Source: Edaphobacter aggregans
GTDB taxonomy: Bacteria > Acidobacteriota > Terriglobia > Terriglobales > Acidobacteriaceae
Direction: 5' to 3'
DNA: 32,000 nucleotides
Assembly: GCF_003945235.1 (NCBI RefSeq)
Contig: NZ_RSDW01000001.1
Location: forward strand, 2,580,001-2,612,000
Below are positions 7,761 to 16,236 of this stretch, piece by piece (position 1 is the first letter of the stretch; the number at the start of each line of letters is the position of its first letter). A program made the translations under genes and the position numbers. The notes beneath the pieces are model-generated. The model worked only from the letters and a program-made list of their open reading frames with translations, ran no database searches and had not been told where the DNA came from.

Positions 7761-9848
7761 ATGAAGCTCTTGGGGGGATTTCGGAAGGCTTCGCCTTTCA
7801 TTTTTGCGGCGACACTGCTGCCCGTCTTTCAGGCTAGTGCAGAGGAACCTACGAGTACCTGGATTGGACATGGAACTTGGACTGACTCGCAGCACTGGAG
7901 CCATGGTCTCCCATCGGTATTTAGCGACGCCAGCATTCGCAAACATAGCGACCTGTCAATTCCACATGGCACATTTACCGTAGCCAGATTGAATGTCGGC
8001 ACAGAAAACGGTGATTTCGTCCATGCCTCTCTCAATGGGGGGCATCTGCTGATTCGGCAGGACTCACTCATCGTCGGGGAGTACACCGGTAGTCATGCTG
8101 AGTTCGACCTGAACTCCGGTGAACTGGAAAGCGTCATGGACATCTTCGTCGGCGGTGCAACCGGCTCCTCGGGACGCATGAACGAAAGTAAATTGCGGGT
8201 ACGTGGAGGCACCTTAATCGGCTTGTCGCTGACGATCGGAGAAGGACTCGGATCTGATTCGGATTTTGAGGTTATCGGCTCAAAAGCAAAAGGGATTCGG
8301 GCACTAGAGTTCATCGGATTGCACGCAAATGCCGATTTGTCAGGCAGGCCCGGACGAGCTTCGCTTACGTTCACGCTTGACGAGCATGGCGTCACTCCCA
8401 TCACTATCTCTTCACACTTTCAAGGGCTGCGGATTGATCACGATGCGAAGAGCTCGTGCAACCTGCATGTGAATCTGGCAGCACCTCCGCCAAGAGATGA
8501 CGTCACGTTAATTGCAAGCGAAGCAGCTAATGAAGGAGAGTTTAGCGGCCTACCGGAAGGCGCTCAAATTTCATCGGTATTTGGTGGCAATCCGTATACA
8601 TGGACGCTGACCTACCATGGAGGGAGATCGGGCCACGATGTCGTTTTACATAACGTCTCGTCCTACTCCAAACGTGTTTTAGCGACGTACACACCTAAGA
8701 GAGACCAGCTTCCTGAGCCATCCTGGTACGGAGAGCCAGTTTTTCCGCTTGCTTTGAATCCGGGGGTGCCCGCCTTTAAAGGGGCCGAGGGCTACGGAGC
8801 TTTCACGAAGGGCGGGACTGACGGACAGATTCTCCGGGTAGAAAATTTGAACGATGCAGGACCGGGGAGCCTGAGAGCAGCGCTGGAAACCTCCGGACGG
8901 CGCACCATTCAGTTCACGGTAGGTGGAGATATCATTCTTCGCTCCAAGATAATTATTCGGAACCCAGATATCACTGTCGATGGGTCTTCAGCTCCGGCAC
9001 CGGGTATCACGCTGATGCGCCACGGCATCGAGGTGCGAACGCACGATGTGATACTCCGCCAGTTGCGGATTCGGATAGGCGATAAGGACGTGCGTGCGAC
9101 GGACGCCAATATCCACTATGAAAGTGGTGACGGTGAGTACGCGCTGTACTTTACTGAGGGATCTTCCAACGCTATCGCCGACCATCTTTCGCTTAGCTGG
9201 TCTACAAACAAGATTCTCTCGACAACAAAATTTGCAGACCGCATCACGGTCCAATGGTGTGTGCTTGCGGAGGCGTTGAACCTTGATCAACATGGCTATG
9301 CTTCGATTGCCGGAGGAAATCGTGTCACGTGGCATCATAACCTGTTCGCTCACAACTTCGGGCGGAATCCGAGATTCCAGGGAGCTGTAGACGCTGACTT
9401 TCGCAACAACGTCATTTACGACTGGGGTGAAACATCTGTGTATGGTGAGTTCGATCGGTTGAACTTCGTGAACAATTACTTCAAGCCCGGCCCTTCAACC
9501 ATCCAGAAACCACTTCTTTTTATGAGAGGTACTGAGTTTGTCGGCCCCGAATCTCTGTATCTAGCTGGAAATGTCATGGAGGACAATGTCAAGCTGAATG
9601 TCGACAACTGGCGAGGCACAGGCTTTTACTTTGACCGAACAAGGATCGGCGCGTCGCAAGGTTTTCCATCGCCAGCCGTGGTCACCACAAGCGCGGAACA
9701 GGCGCTCAATGATGTGATTGAGAAGGCTGGCGCAAATCTACCTGACCGAGATTCGTTGGATCGTTGCATCGTCTCGGAAGTAGTCAAGGGGCGTGGTCAA
9801 ATCATACAAAGCCCTCAAGACGCGCTCGCCAGTTGCGCTCCGCATTAG
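7761..9848 (+). CDS. Secreted right-handed beta-helix protein with a pectate-lyase (PL1)-like C-terminal domain
   Basis: Signal peptide (MKLLGGFRKASPFIFAATLLPVFQASA). The N-terminal part has passenger-like W..G.G.W....W motifs (WIGHGTWTDSQHWSHGLP). The C-terminal part has AEGYGAFTKGGTDGQILRVENLNDAGPGSLRAALE, ADHLSLSWS, and HHNLFAHNFGRNPRFQG...FRNNVIYDW, which resembles the PL1 vWiDH and RxPxxR catalytic blocks. GC is clearly lower than in the neighbouring genes. Confidence 0.6.
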   Translation: MKLLGGFRKASPFIFAATLLPVFQASAEEPTSTWIGHGTWTDSQHWSHGLPSVFSDASIRKHSDLSIPHGTFTVARLNVGTENGDFVHASLNGGHLLIRQDSLIVGEYTGSHAEFDLNSGELESVMDIFVGGATGSSGRMNESKLRVRGGTLIGLSLTIGEGLGSDSDFEVIGSKAKGIRALEFIGLHANADLSGRPGRASLTFTLDEHGVTPITISSHFQGLRIDHDAKSSCNLHVNLAAPPPRDDVTLIASEAANEGEFSGLPEGAQISSVFGGNPYTWTLTYHGGRSGHDVVLHNVSSYSKRVLATYTPKRDQLPEPSWYGEPVFPLALNPGVPAFKGAEGYGAFTKGGTDGQILRVENLNDAGPGSLRAALETSGRRTIQFTVGGDIILRSKIIIRNPDITVDGSSAPAPGITLMRHGIEVRTHDVILRQLRIRIGDKDVRATDANIHYESGDGEYALYFTEGSSNAIADHLSLSWSTNKILSTTKFADRITVQWCVLAEALNLDQHGYASIAGGNRVTWHHNLFAHNFGRNPRFQGAVDADFRNNVIYDWGETSVYGEFDRLNFVNNYFKPGPSTIQKPLLFMRGTEFVGPESLYLAGNVMEDNVKLNVDNWRGTGFYFDRTRIGASQGFPSPAVVTTSAEQALNDVIEKAGANLPDRDSLDRCIVSEVVKGRGQIIQSPQDALASCAPH

Positions 9849-10038
9849 TATCGACAAGTCGGCTTATCACCAGCTTTGACGTCGACTGGCCACATCTAAG
9901 TATTCAGTGGAGACTTCAACAAGTCCCTCTGCAAATCGGAGTGAAGGGACGCGACTTCAGCCGCTTCACGCAGGGCCCAAAGACTCGGCGTCAACCTGGA
10001 GCGAGGGTCCCTCTCCTCTCGGCCCTTGGAGGCATGTG

Positions 10039-10704
10039 ATGATTCGCCATTCTGTTGCCGGAATCTTATTGTGGGCCGTCTGCGCAGGCTTCGTATCTGC
10101 GCAGACTCCAACTCCTGCCCAGACGCAACCGCCGCGAGCCACAAGCAAGCCCTACACCGGCGATCTCTCCATCTTTGATTATCCAGATAGGGACAAGAAG
10201 CTGCAGATCGATCGGGTGATGGACCTGCTGGGAATTACAGCGGGAAAGAATGTCGGCGATCTGGGGGCTGGGTCGGGGTGGTTTACGGTGATCGCGTCCA
10301 AGCGCGTGGGGTCCACCGGCGTAGTGATCGCCCAGGACATCAATCCGATTGCGATTGAGTACATCGGAAAGCGGATCAAGAAGGATGGCATCGAGAATGT
10401 GCGGACGGTGTTGGGATTGCCCGATGATCCCGGCTTTCCTCCGGGGAGTCTGGACGCGGTGCTGATGCTGAAGGTGTACCACGAGATTGCGCATCCGGTG
10501 ACCGCGATGCAAAAGCTGAAGCCATCCCTGCGGCCGGGAGCGAAGGTCGGGATCATCGACAAGAATGGCAACGGTACTGCCCATGGGGTGAAGCAGGACG
10601 TCGTGGTGAAGGAGATGGGCGAGGCGGGGTACTCGCTGGTGGGGACGTATGACTTCACCAAGGCGGATCATGAGGATTACTTTCTAATCTTCACGGCAAA
10701 GTAG
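10039..10704 (+). CDS. Class I SAM-dependent methyltransferase with an N-terminal signal-peptide-like segment
   Basis: Motif I VGDLGAGSGWFT, then an acidic loop (IAQDIN) and post-I/II blocks. The N-terminus from ATG 10039 is MIRHSVAGILLWAVCAGFVSAQTP. The upstream 44 codons of the ORF (from 9907) look non-coding. Confidence 0.75.
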   Translation: MIRHSVAGILLWAVCAGFVSAQTPTPAQTQPPRATSKPYTGDLSIFDYPDRDKKLQIDRVMDLLGITAGKNVGDLGAGSGWFTVIASKRVGSTGVVIAQDINPIAIEYIGKRIKKDGIENVRTVLGLPDDPGFPPGSLDAVLMLKVYHEIAHPVTAMQKLKPSLRPGAKVGIIDKNGNGTAHGVKQDVVVKEMGEAGYSLVGTYDFTKADHEDYFLIFTAK

Positions 10705-10736
10705 AGCGGCTGGCGACAGCTTCGCAAAAGACAAAA

Positions 10737-10762
10737 GCAACGGACGATAGGACGTCCGTTGC
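10737..10762. terminator. Perfect 10-bp GC-rich hairpin between convergent genes, with a U-tract only in the minus direction
   Basis: GCAACGGACG (10737-10746), a 6-nt loop, then CGTCCGTTGC (10753-10762). On the minus strand the hairpin is followed by TTTTGTCTTTTG. On the plus strand it lies 33 nt after the methyltransferase stop but has no T-run. Confidence 0.6.
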
Positions 10763-10955
10763 CTCGATAAAGAATATTTCAGATTTCCACAGAATTCGTG
10801 GCATGTTTGTTCGTCGCGAAAAAGTGACTCGCAGCAAATCACGTTTGCCACACTTTTTACCGCTTATGAACCACCAAGCCACCACATTTCGCTGCCATTT
10901 TTGCAAAAACCCCTGCAAAAACACATAACCACCACACCAAAAAAATTCTTCCGTT

Positions 10956-11648
10956 TTACTGCTTCTGAGTTGCGGTGTGATGCGGCTTCGCAGTGGAGGC
11001 GGTGGTGCTGCTGGCGACCTGGGCCTGCACGGTGTCGATGGTCGCGTAGAGCTGGTTGATGTCAGTGACCTGCACCCAGTTCTTCTGCGTGACGACCCAG
11101 ATGGTAGGGGTCTGGGTGATGCCGATGCGCTCGCCGAGGGTGTAGTCGGCGTTGACCTCAGCGGCGAAGAGGCCAGCGGGGTCCATGACAAAGGGCATGT
11201 TCAGCTTGTGGTTCTGGAAGAACTTCTGCGTGAAGTGATTGAGATCTTCCTTGGACGCAATCGACATCTGTGCAGCAAAGACGGCCCCGCGGAACTCCTC
11301 GGCGATCTGGGGCGAGACCTTGTCCTGCAGATAACGGGCAGTGATGGCGGCGTCGCGGCTCCAGATGTGCATCTGGAGGGGGAAGTCATGGCGGACGATG
11401 GGGATCTTATAGCGCTCGGCAGCAGCGTGCACGATGGGGTAGGCGTGGGCGCAGGCGGGGCACTCAAGGTCTTCGAACTTGAAGATAGCGATCTTCGTTC
11501 CAGCCGGGGGCTTCAGCATGGAGGTGTCTTTGAAGGCGCCGCCCGTGTTGGGGGGCGCTGAGTACTGTGCGTGGGCCGGAATGCCGGCGGAAAGAGCGAA
11601 CAGAATGGTGGCAGCGAGGGCTATACGGGTCATTGAGGTAAGACGCAT
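10956..11648 (-). CDS. DsbA-family thiol:disulfide oxidoreductase (secreted thioredoxin fold)
   Basis: Signal peptide MRLTSMTRIALAATILFALSAGIPAHA. CPAC active site in KFEDLECPACAHAYP. Overall DsbA-like layout. Confidence 0.8.
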   Translation of the reverse strand: MRLTSMTRIALAATILFALSAGIPAHAQYSAPPNTGGAFKDTSMLKPPAGTKIAIFKFEDLECPACAHAYPIVHAAAERYKIPIVRHDFPLQMHIWSRDAAITARYLQDKVSPQIAEEFRGAVFAAQMSIASKEDLNHFTQKFFQNHKLNMPFVMDPAGLFAAEVNADYTLGERIGITQTPTIWVVTQKNWVQVTDINQLYATIDTVQAQVASSTTASTAKPHHTATQKQ

Positions 11649-11769
11649 AGGTTATCTTCCTATTTTAGACGTATCAGACGGCAAAGAAGAGATTTCGCAA
11701 CCCCGGGGCGGCCTGGATAATCTAATTCTGGTGAACGTGAGAGATTCTTTGGGCAATTTTTCAATCAAA

Positions 11770-13197
11770 ATGACTTTTTTGCCGGTAGCAGTAGTCTGCC
11801 TCGGCCTGTCCGGGACTGTGCAAGCGCAGAAGACCGATGAGCTGCCGCAGGCTCCCACGCCGAATGTGGTTGTGACGAAGCTGGCGGGTGATGTTTTGGT
11901 GGAACGGGCCACGCCGGGAGCATTGCCGTTGAGCCTGGACGATGCCATTGAGAGGGGCCTGAAGAAGAACCTGCAGATTCTGCTAAGCCAGCAGAATGAA
12001 CGATATGTGCATGGACAGGTGCTAACCGTAAAAAACAGCTTGCTTCCGAGCATGACTGCCCAGGCGCAGTCCTCGGCGCAACAGATCAACCTGGCGGCGT
12101 TGGGTTTCAAGGGAACACAGCTTGCCGATCTCGGATTTACCGGCCCCTTCAATCCAATTGTGAGGGTGGACACGACCTCGGCGCAGATGAAGCTGAATCA
12201 GCAGTTGTTCAATGTGCCTGCGTATTACCTGTATCGCGCGGCGCAGAAGGCCGATACTGTGGCTTCGCTGTCGACGCTGAATCAACGCGGCTCGGTGACG
12301 CTGGCGGTGGGAACGCAGTATTTATTGGCGCTGGCGGATGCCTCGCAGATTGAAAATGAGCGGGCACTTGTGAAGGCCAACGAGGTGGCGCTGCAGCAGG
12401 CGAAGGCCTCGCATGAGGCGGGCGTGGGGACGCATCTGGATGAGCTGCGGGCTCGAGTGCAGCTGCAGACGGAACAGCAGTCGCTGATCAATGCAGAGAA
12501 CACATTTGCGAAAGACAAGATCGCTCTGAACCGGCTGATTGGACTGCCGGCCGAGCAGGAGCTGACCCTGACGGATACGGCTCCATTTGCGGAGTTTGCC
12601 GAGATGCCGCTGGAGCAGGCGAAGGCGCTGGCGTTTGAGCGACGAAAGGATCTGCTGAGCCTGCAGGCGCAGATGGATGTTGCTGACCGGACTCTAAAGG
12701 CGGTTCGTGCTGAACGGTATCCTTCATTGGCATTCGATGGCTACTACGGCGTGCTGGGCGAGACACAGGGGCTCTATCATGGCGTGTTTTCAGCGATGGG
12801 TAAACTGAGTTTTCCGATCTTCCAGGAGGCGCAACTTCGTGGTGAGAGTCAAGTGGCGCGGGCGCAGGTGACCGGATTGCGGCAGCAGATCGATTCGCTG
12901 AAGGTGACGATCGAGCAGCAGATTCGGGCGAGCATGCTGGATGTGCAGGCGTCGAATGAGCTGGTGAAGGTGGCCAAGAGCAATGTCGATCTGGCGACCG
13001 AACAGCTGCAGCAGGCGACGGACCGGTTTGCCGCTGGAGTGGATGACAATCTGCCGGTGGTGCAGGCTCAGGCTACCCTTGCGGCGGCGCAGTCGCGGCT
13101 GGTGAATACGTTGTATCAGTACAACCAGTCGAAGTTGCAGCTGGCTCGGAATACTGGCGTGGTGGAGACCCAGTACAAGGTTTACCTGGGGCGGTAA
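11770..13197 (+). CDS. TolC-family outer membrane efflux protein
   Basis: From ATG 11770 there is a signal peptide (MTFLPVAVVCLGLSGTVQAQ). Two OEP repeats with typical blocks (LSLDDAIERGLKKNLQI, YPSLAFDGYYG, QYNQSKLQLARNTG). The ORF upstream of 11770 overlaps dsbA on the opposite strand and is discarded. Confidence 0.85.
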   Translation: MTFLPVAVVCLGLSGTVQAQKTDELPQAPTPNVVVTKLAGDVLVERATPGALPLSLDDAIERGLKKNLQILLSQQNERYVHGQVLTVKNSLLPSMTAQAQSSAQQINLAALGFKGTQLADLGFTGPFNPIVRVDTTSAQMKLNQQLFNVPAYYLYRAAQKADTVASLSTLNQRGSVTLAVGTQYLLALADASQIENERALVKANEVALQQAKASHEAGVGTHLDELRARVQLQTEQQSLINAENTFAKDKIALNRLIGLPAEQELTLTDTAPFAEFAEMPLEQAKALAFERRKDLLSLQAQMDVADRTLKAVRAERYPSLAFDGYYGVLGETQGLYHGVFSAMGKLSFPIFQEAQLRGESQVARAQVTGLRQQIDSLKVTIEQQIRASMLDVQASNELVKVAKSNVDLATEQLQQATDRFAAGVDDNLPVVQAQATLAAAQSRLVNTLYQYNQSKLQLARNTGVVETQYKVYLGR

Positions 13198-13226
13198 AGG
13201 CACATAATTTCAGCTAATTAGCAGAG

Positions 13227-13796
13227 ATGCCGTGCTACGATGCGGGCATGAAGGTGTCGGTTTCATCATCGCCGGCGCGGCTGGCCTGTTGGTCTGGAGT
13301 TGGGTCCGTTCTGACTGCAATTCCGTTTTTGATCGGAACGGTTTTTCATGTTCCACGGCTGCCGACTCCTGGGTGTGGGCCGGAGATGATTTTTTGGGCT
13401 GACCGGCTGCGCTTCCTCGTATTTCTAGTTCCGTTTGCCTGTGGGATCACGATTTCGATTCTTGCGGAGAAGCGGTTGCGCAGGGGGCTCAAGAACGAAA
13501 TGTGGCAGGAATCTGTTGTGGAGTTGCTCCGCCGCCGGATCAATCATCCCGTGTGGAGTGTCTTTGCCTACTTGCCCCTGTTGGTGTGGTTTGGCTATGC
13601 GTTCCAGTCAAAGCTGTTTCATGGGACTCCTTTGTTCTGGTTCCTGATGGCTCCGACTCAGACGATCTCGCGTTTGAGGATGATGTTGAGGCCGAAGCAG
13701 GTTGCAGGAGACAGGGTGCTGCCAGATTGGCGCAACTTCAAGCCAATTCAATCGGAACATTGGGGTGAACCGAGGCAGAATTCATTCTCTCTATAG
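13227..13796 (+). CDS. Hypothetical integral membrane protein
   Basis: 189 aa with about 4 hydrophobic segments (VGSVLTAIPFLIGTVF, LRFLVFLVPFACGITISIL, VWSVFAYLPLLVWFGYAF, LFWFLMAP). I recognise no family. It lies between the tolC-like and MFS genes on the same strand. Confidence 0.5.
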   Translation: MPCYDAGMKVSVSSSPARLACWSGVGSVLTAIPFLIGTVFHVPRLPTPGCGPEMIFWADRLRFLVFLVPFACGITISILAEKRLRRGLKNEMWQESVVELLRRRINHPVWSVFAYLPLLVWFGYAFQSKLFHGTPLFWFLMAPTQTISRLRMMLRPKQVAGDRVLPDWRNFKPIQSEHWGEPRQNSFSL

Positions 13797-13866
13797 CGAT
13801 TGCGACTCCACGATGAATTGGCTGCAGGGTTTTTCGCTGAGCGCGGTAAATGTGAAAACATAGAGC

Positions 13867-15201
13867 ATGGCTGAGGGTGGCAGTAGTGCGTTAGCGACGG
13901 GATCGGCGGGGGCTGCGTTTCGGTCGAGAGACTTCCGGTTGTATCAGTCGGCGCGGCTCATGGTGATTCTGGGAGCGGAGGCTCAGTCGGTCGCGGTGGC
14001 GTGGCAGGTGTATCAGATCACGCACTCGGCGCTGGACTTGGGACTTACCGGGCTGGCGCTGTTTCTGCCGGGGTTGTTCTTTATGCTGGCGGCGGGTCAT
14101 GCGGCGGACCGGTACGACAAGAGGAAGATTATTCTGTGTTGCTATGGGCTGCAGGCAGTTTGTACTGCGGTGCTGCTGTGGCTGTCGTTGAGCGACTGGG
14201 CGCTGAAGAATGGCCGGGTGTGGCCAATCTATGCGGTACTTGTGGGGATTGGGTTGGGACGGGCTTTCAGCGGGCCGGCTGCGAGTGCGATGCTTCCGAG
14301 CCTGGTGCCGAAGGATCACTTTGTGAATGCGGTGACTTGGGGCGCTACGGTGTATCAGACGGCGAATATGTCTGGACCGGCGGTGGGTGGGTTGCTGTTT
14401 ACGCTGCCGTTGATGGGGGTGCTGACACGGTGGAAGGGCGCGCCGCTGGTCTATGTGTTCACGCTGGCGATGCTGATGGGATTCATCACGCTGGTGGGGA
14501 TGATTCGGACGCCGATGGTTCGCGGGGAGAAGAAGGCGTTCAGTATGCGGACCGTGCTGGCAGGGCTTGAGTATGTGTGGCGGACGAAGCTGCTGCTGGG
14601 GTCGATCTCGCTGGACCTTTTCGCGGTGATGCTGGGTGGTGCGGTGGCGCTGCTGCCGATCTTTGCGACAGATATTCTGCATGCGGGCCCGCGGGGTTTG
14701 GGGTTGTTGCGGGCGATGCCTAGTGTGGGTGCGCTGGCCGTGTCGCTGACTATGGTCGTCAGGCCGATCAAGCAGCGGGCGGGAGCGTTGATGCTGACGT
14801 GCGTGGGGATCTTTGGCGCGGCGACGGTGGTCTTTGGGCTGTCGAAGAGCATGTGGGTGAGTCTGGTGGCACTGGTTGTGGTTGGGGCTAGCGATATGGT
14901 TAGCGTGGTGATCCGGTCTAGCATGTTGCAACTGGCGACTCCGCCGGAGATGCGTGGACGGGTCAGCGCGGTAAACTGGCTGTTTGTGGGCGCTTCGAAT
15001 GAGTTTGGCGAATTTGAGAGCGGTGTGACGGCGCAGTGGTGGGGGGCTGTGCCGGCAGTGGTGATCGGCGGCATTGGATCGCTGGTGGTGACGGCCGCAG
15101 CGGCTGGGTTATTCCCGGATTTGCGGCGTGCGGATGCTTTGACGGCAGACGCTCTGACGGGTGCGGAGCGGGAGTTGAGTGTAGCCGAGCCAGTCGACTA
15201 G
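13867..15201 (+). CDS. MFS transporter (EntS/DUF894-like exporter type)
   Basis: 444 aa, about 12 TM segments. The N-terminal block FRSRDFRLYQSARLMVILGAEAQSVAVAWQVY and the loop motif GHAADRYDKRK are typical of this MFS subfamily. Confidence 0.8.
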   Translation: MAEGGSSALATGSAGAAFRSRDFRLYQSARLMVILGAEAQSVAVAWQVYQITHSALDLGLTGLALFLPGLFFMLAAGHAADRYDKRKIILCCYGLQAVCTAVLLWLSLSDWALKNGRVWPIYAVLVGIGLGRAFSGPAASAMLPSLVPKDHFVNAVTWGATVYQTANMSGPAVGGLLFTLPLMGVLTRWKGAPLVYVFTLAMLMGFITLVGMIRTPMVRGEKKAFSMRTVLAGLEYVWRTKLLLGSISLDLFAVMLGGAVALLPIFATDILHAGPRGLGLLRAMPSVGALAVSLTMVVRPIKQRAGALMLTCVGIFGAATVVFGLSKSMWVSLVALVVVGASDMVSVVIRSSMLQLATPPEMRGRVSAVNWLFVGASNEFGEFESGVTAQWWGAVPAVVIGGIGSLVVTAAAAGLFPDLRRADALTADALTGAERELSVAEPVD

Positions 15202-15246
15202 CCTGTTGTATGGTGGTTTGAGAAATTTTTGTGGAGGCGGGCCGGG

Positions 15247-15987
15247 ATGACTACTGGTGTGAAGGTGGGGATTGGGGTTTCGTTGTTGGTGGTGCTGGCG
15301 GTGGGCGGCGAGTTGGCGTATCTGCGCAATGAGCGGAGTAAGCCAATGGTCGTGAAGGCTCCGGAGCGGGAGACGATTGCCGATGACGACCTGGTGTATC
15401 TGAAGAAGAAGCACGCTTCGTCGATGGCGGACCTGAAGGAGTTGGTGGGCACTACGGTGTGGGTCTCAGCGGGCGGGCAGATGGATTACTATCCGTACGC
15501 GGGCAAGCGGATCGTGTATGGCAAGCCTTCGGGGACGTTGCTGGGAGCCGAGCCGATGGTGGTTAAGGGGTTTGCCGAGGGCGTCGCTCCCAAGTCTGCG
15601 ACGGTGCGGATCCCGGGTGGGGACAGGCAGGTTTCGATGGTCTTCACGCTGCCGGGATCTTCGGACGCGACGAAGGAGTATGCGGTGCCTATCGGTTATC
15701 ACGAGGCTGGGTTGTATACGTTCTATGCCGACGAGCTCTTCTTCTACGACGATCCGCATGAGCTGTACAAGCACTGGGGGCCGGAGGTCTGGAAGGCCGT
15801 CGATGAGCACCGCGTGATCCTGGGGATGAATGAGCGGCAGGTGGAGCTCTCGCTGGGGCAGGTGAGCAAGAGCACAAGCCAGGCCTATGGGAACCGGATG
15901 GTAGTCTTTGCGAATCTGGGCAAGCCGATGGCTGTGACGTTTGAGAAGAACAAGGTCACGGCGTTCCGGGCGGATCAGGGGTATTGA
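15247..15987 (+). CDS. Hypothetical membrane-anchored protein (single N-terminal TM, extracytoplasmic domain)
   Basis: ATG 15247 with GGAGG 9 nt upstream. TM VKVGIGVSLLVVLAVGG. The C-terminal ILGMNERQVELSLGQ resembles BamE/SmpA-like small beta-domains. No confident family assignment. Confidence 0.5.
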   Translation: MTTGVKVGIGVSLLVVLAVGGELAYLRNERSKPMVVKAPERETIADDDLVYLKKKHASSMADLKELVGTTVWVSAGGQMDYYPYAGKRIVYGKPSGTLLGAEPMVVKGFAEGVAPKSATVRIPGGDRQVSMVFTLPGSSDATKEYAVPIGYHEAGLYTFYADELFFYDDPHELYKHWGPEVWKAVDEHRVILGMNERQVELSLGQVSKSTSQAYGNRMVVFANLGKPMAVTFEKNKVTAFRADQGY

Positions 15988-16063
15988 TGGTGCTTCGGCT
16001 TTTTTCGTGCATTGATGGTACCCCTCCCCCTAAAAAGCTCCAAAGTATTCTAAAAATTAGACT

Positions 16064-16089
16064 TAGGTCCGGACTTCGGTTTGGACCTA
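16064..16089 (+). other. 11-bp hairpin closed by a UUCG tetraloop
   Basis: TAGGTCCGGAC-TTCG-GTTTGGACCTA: 7 Watson-Crick pairs plus 4 inner pairs including two G-U. It lies 77 nt downstream of the 15987 stop and directly upstream of the terminator at 16101. Confidence 0.5.
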
Positions 16090-16100
16090 GACCTTACGTG

Positions 16101-16126
16101 AAAAGCCCGGCTCACGCCGGGCTTTT
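16101..16126. terminator. Bidirectional rho-independent terminator
   Basis: AAAAGCCCGGC-TCAC-GCCGGGCTTTT: an 8-bp GC stem flanked by A4 and T4. It lies between the convergent 15247..15987 (+) and tetR-like (-) genes. Confidence 0.8.
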
Positions 16127-16236
16127 CTGCTCTACATCCATTATAGAGATTGCGCGGAAATGGAAACGCATTCGTATGTTGCTGATTTTTAGTCGCTTAG
16201 ATAGCGTGGGATATTGACACGTGTTTCTTCTGGGAA

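Noticed and set aside
13891-14931. 346-aa minus-strand ORF antisense to the MFS transporter. The same class includes 6421..7377, 1613..2272, 10066..10671, 10977..11561, 18891..19496, 19569..20291, 22004..23542 and 23924..24622.
   Set aside because: Their composition is extremely biased (His/Arg/Pro/Gln or Gly/Val/Ala/Glu). They have no recognisable domains and lie exactly opposite genes with clear homology. These are the long stop-free antisense frames expected in high-GC DNA.
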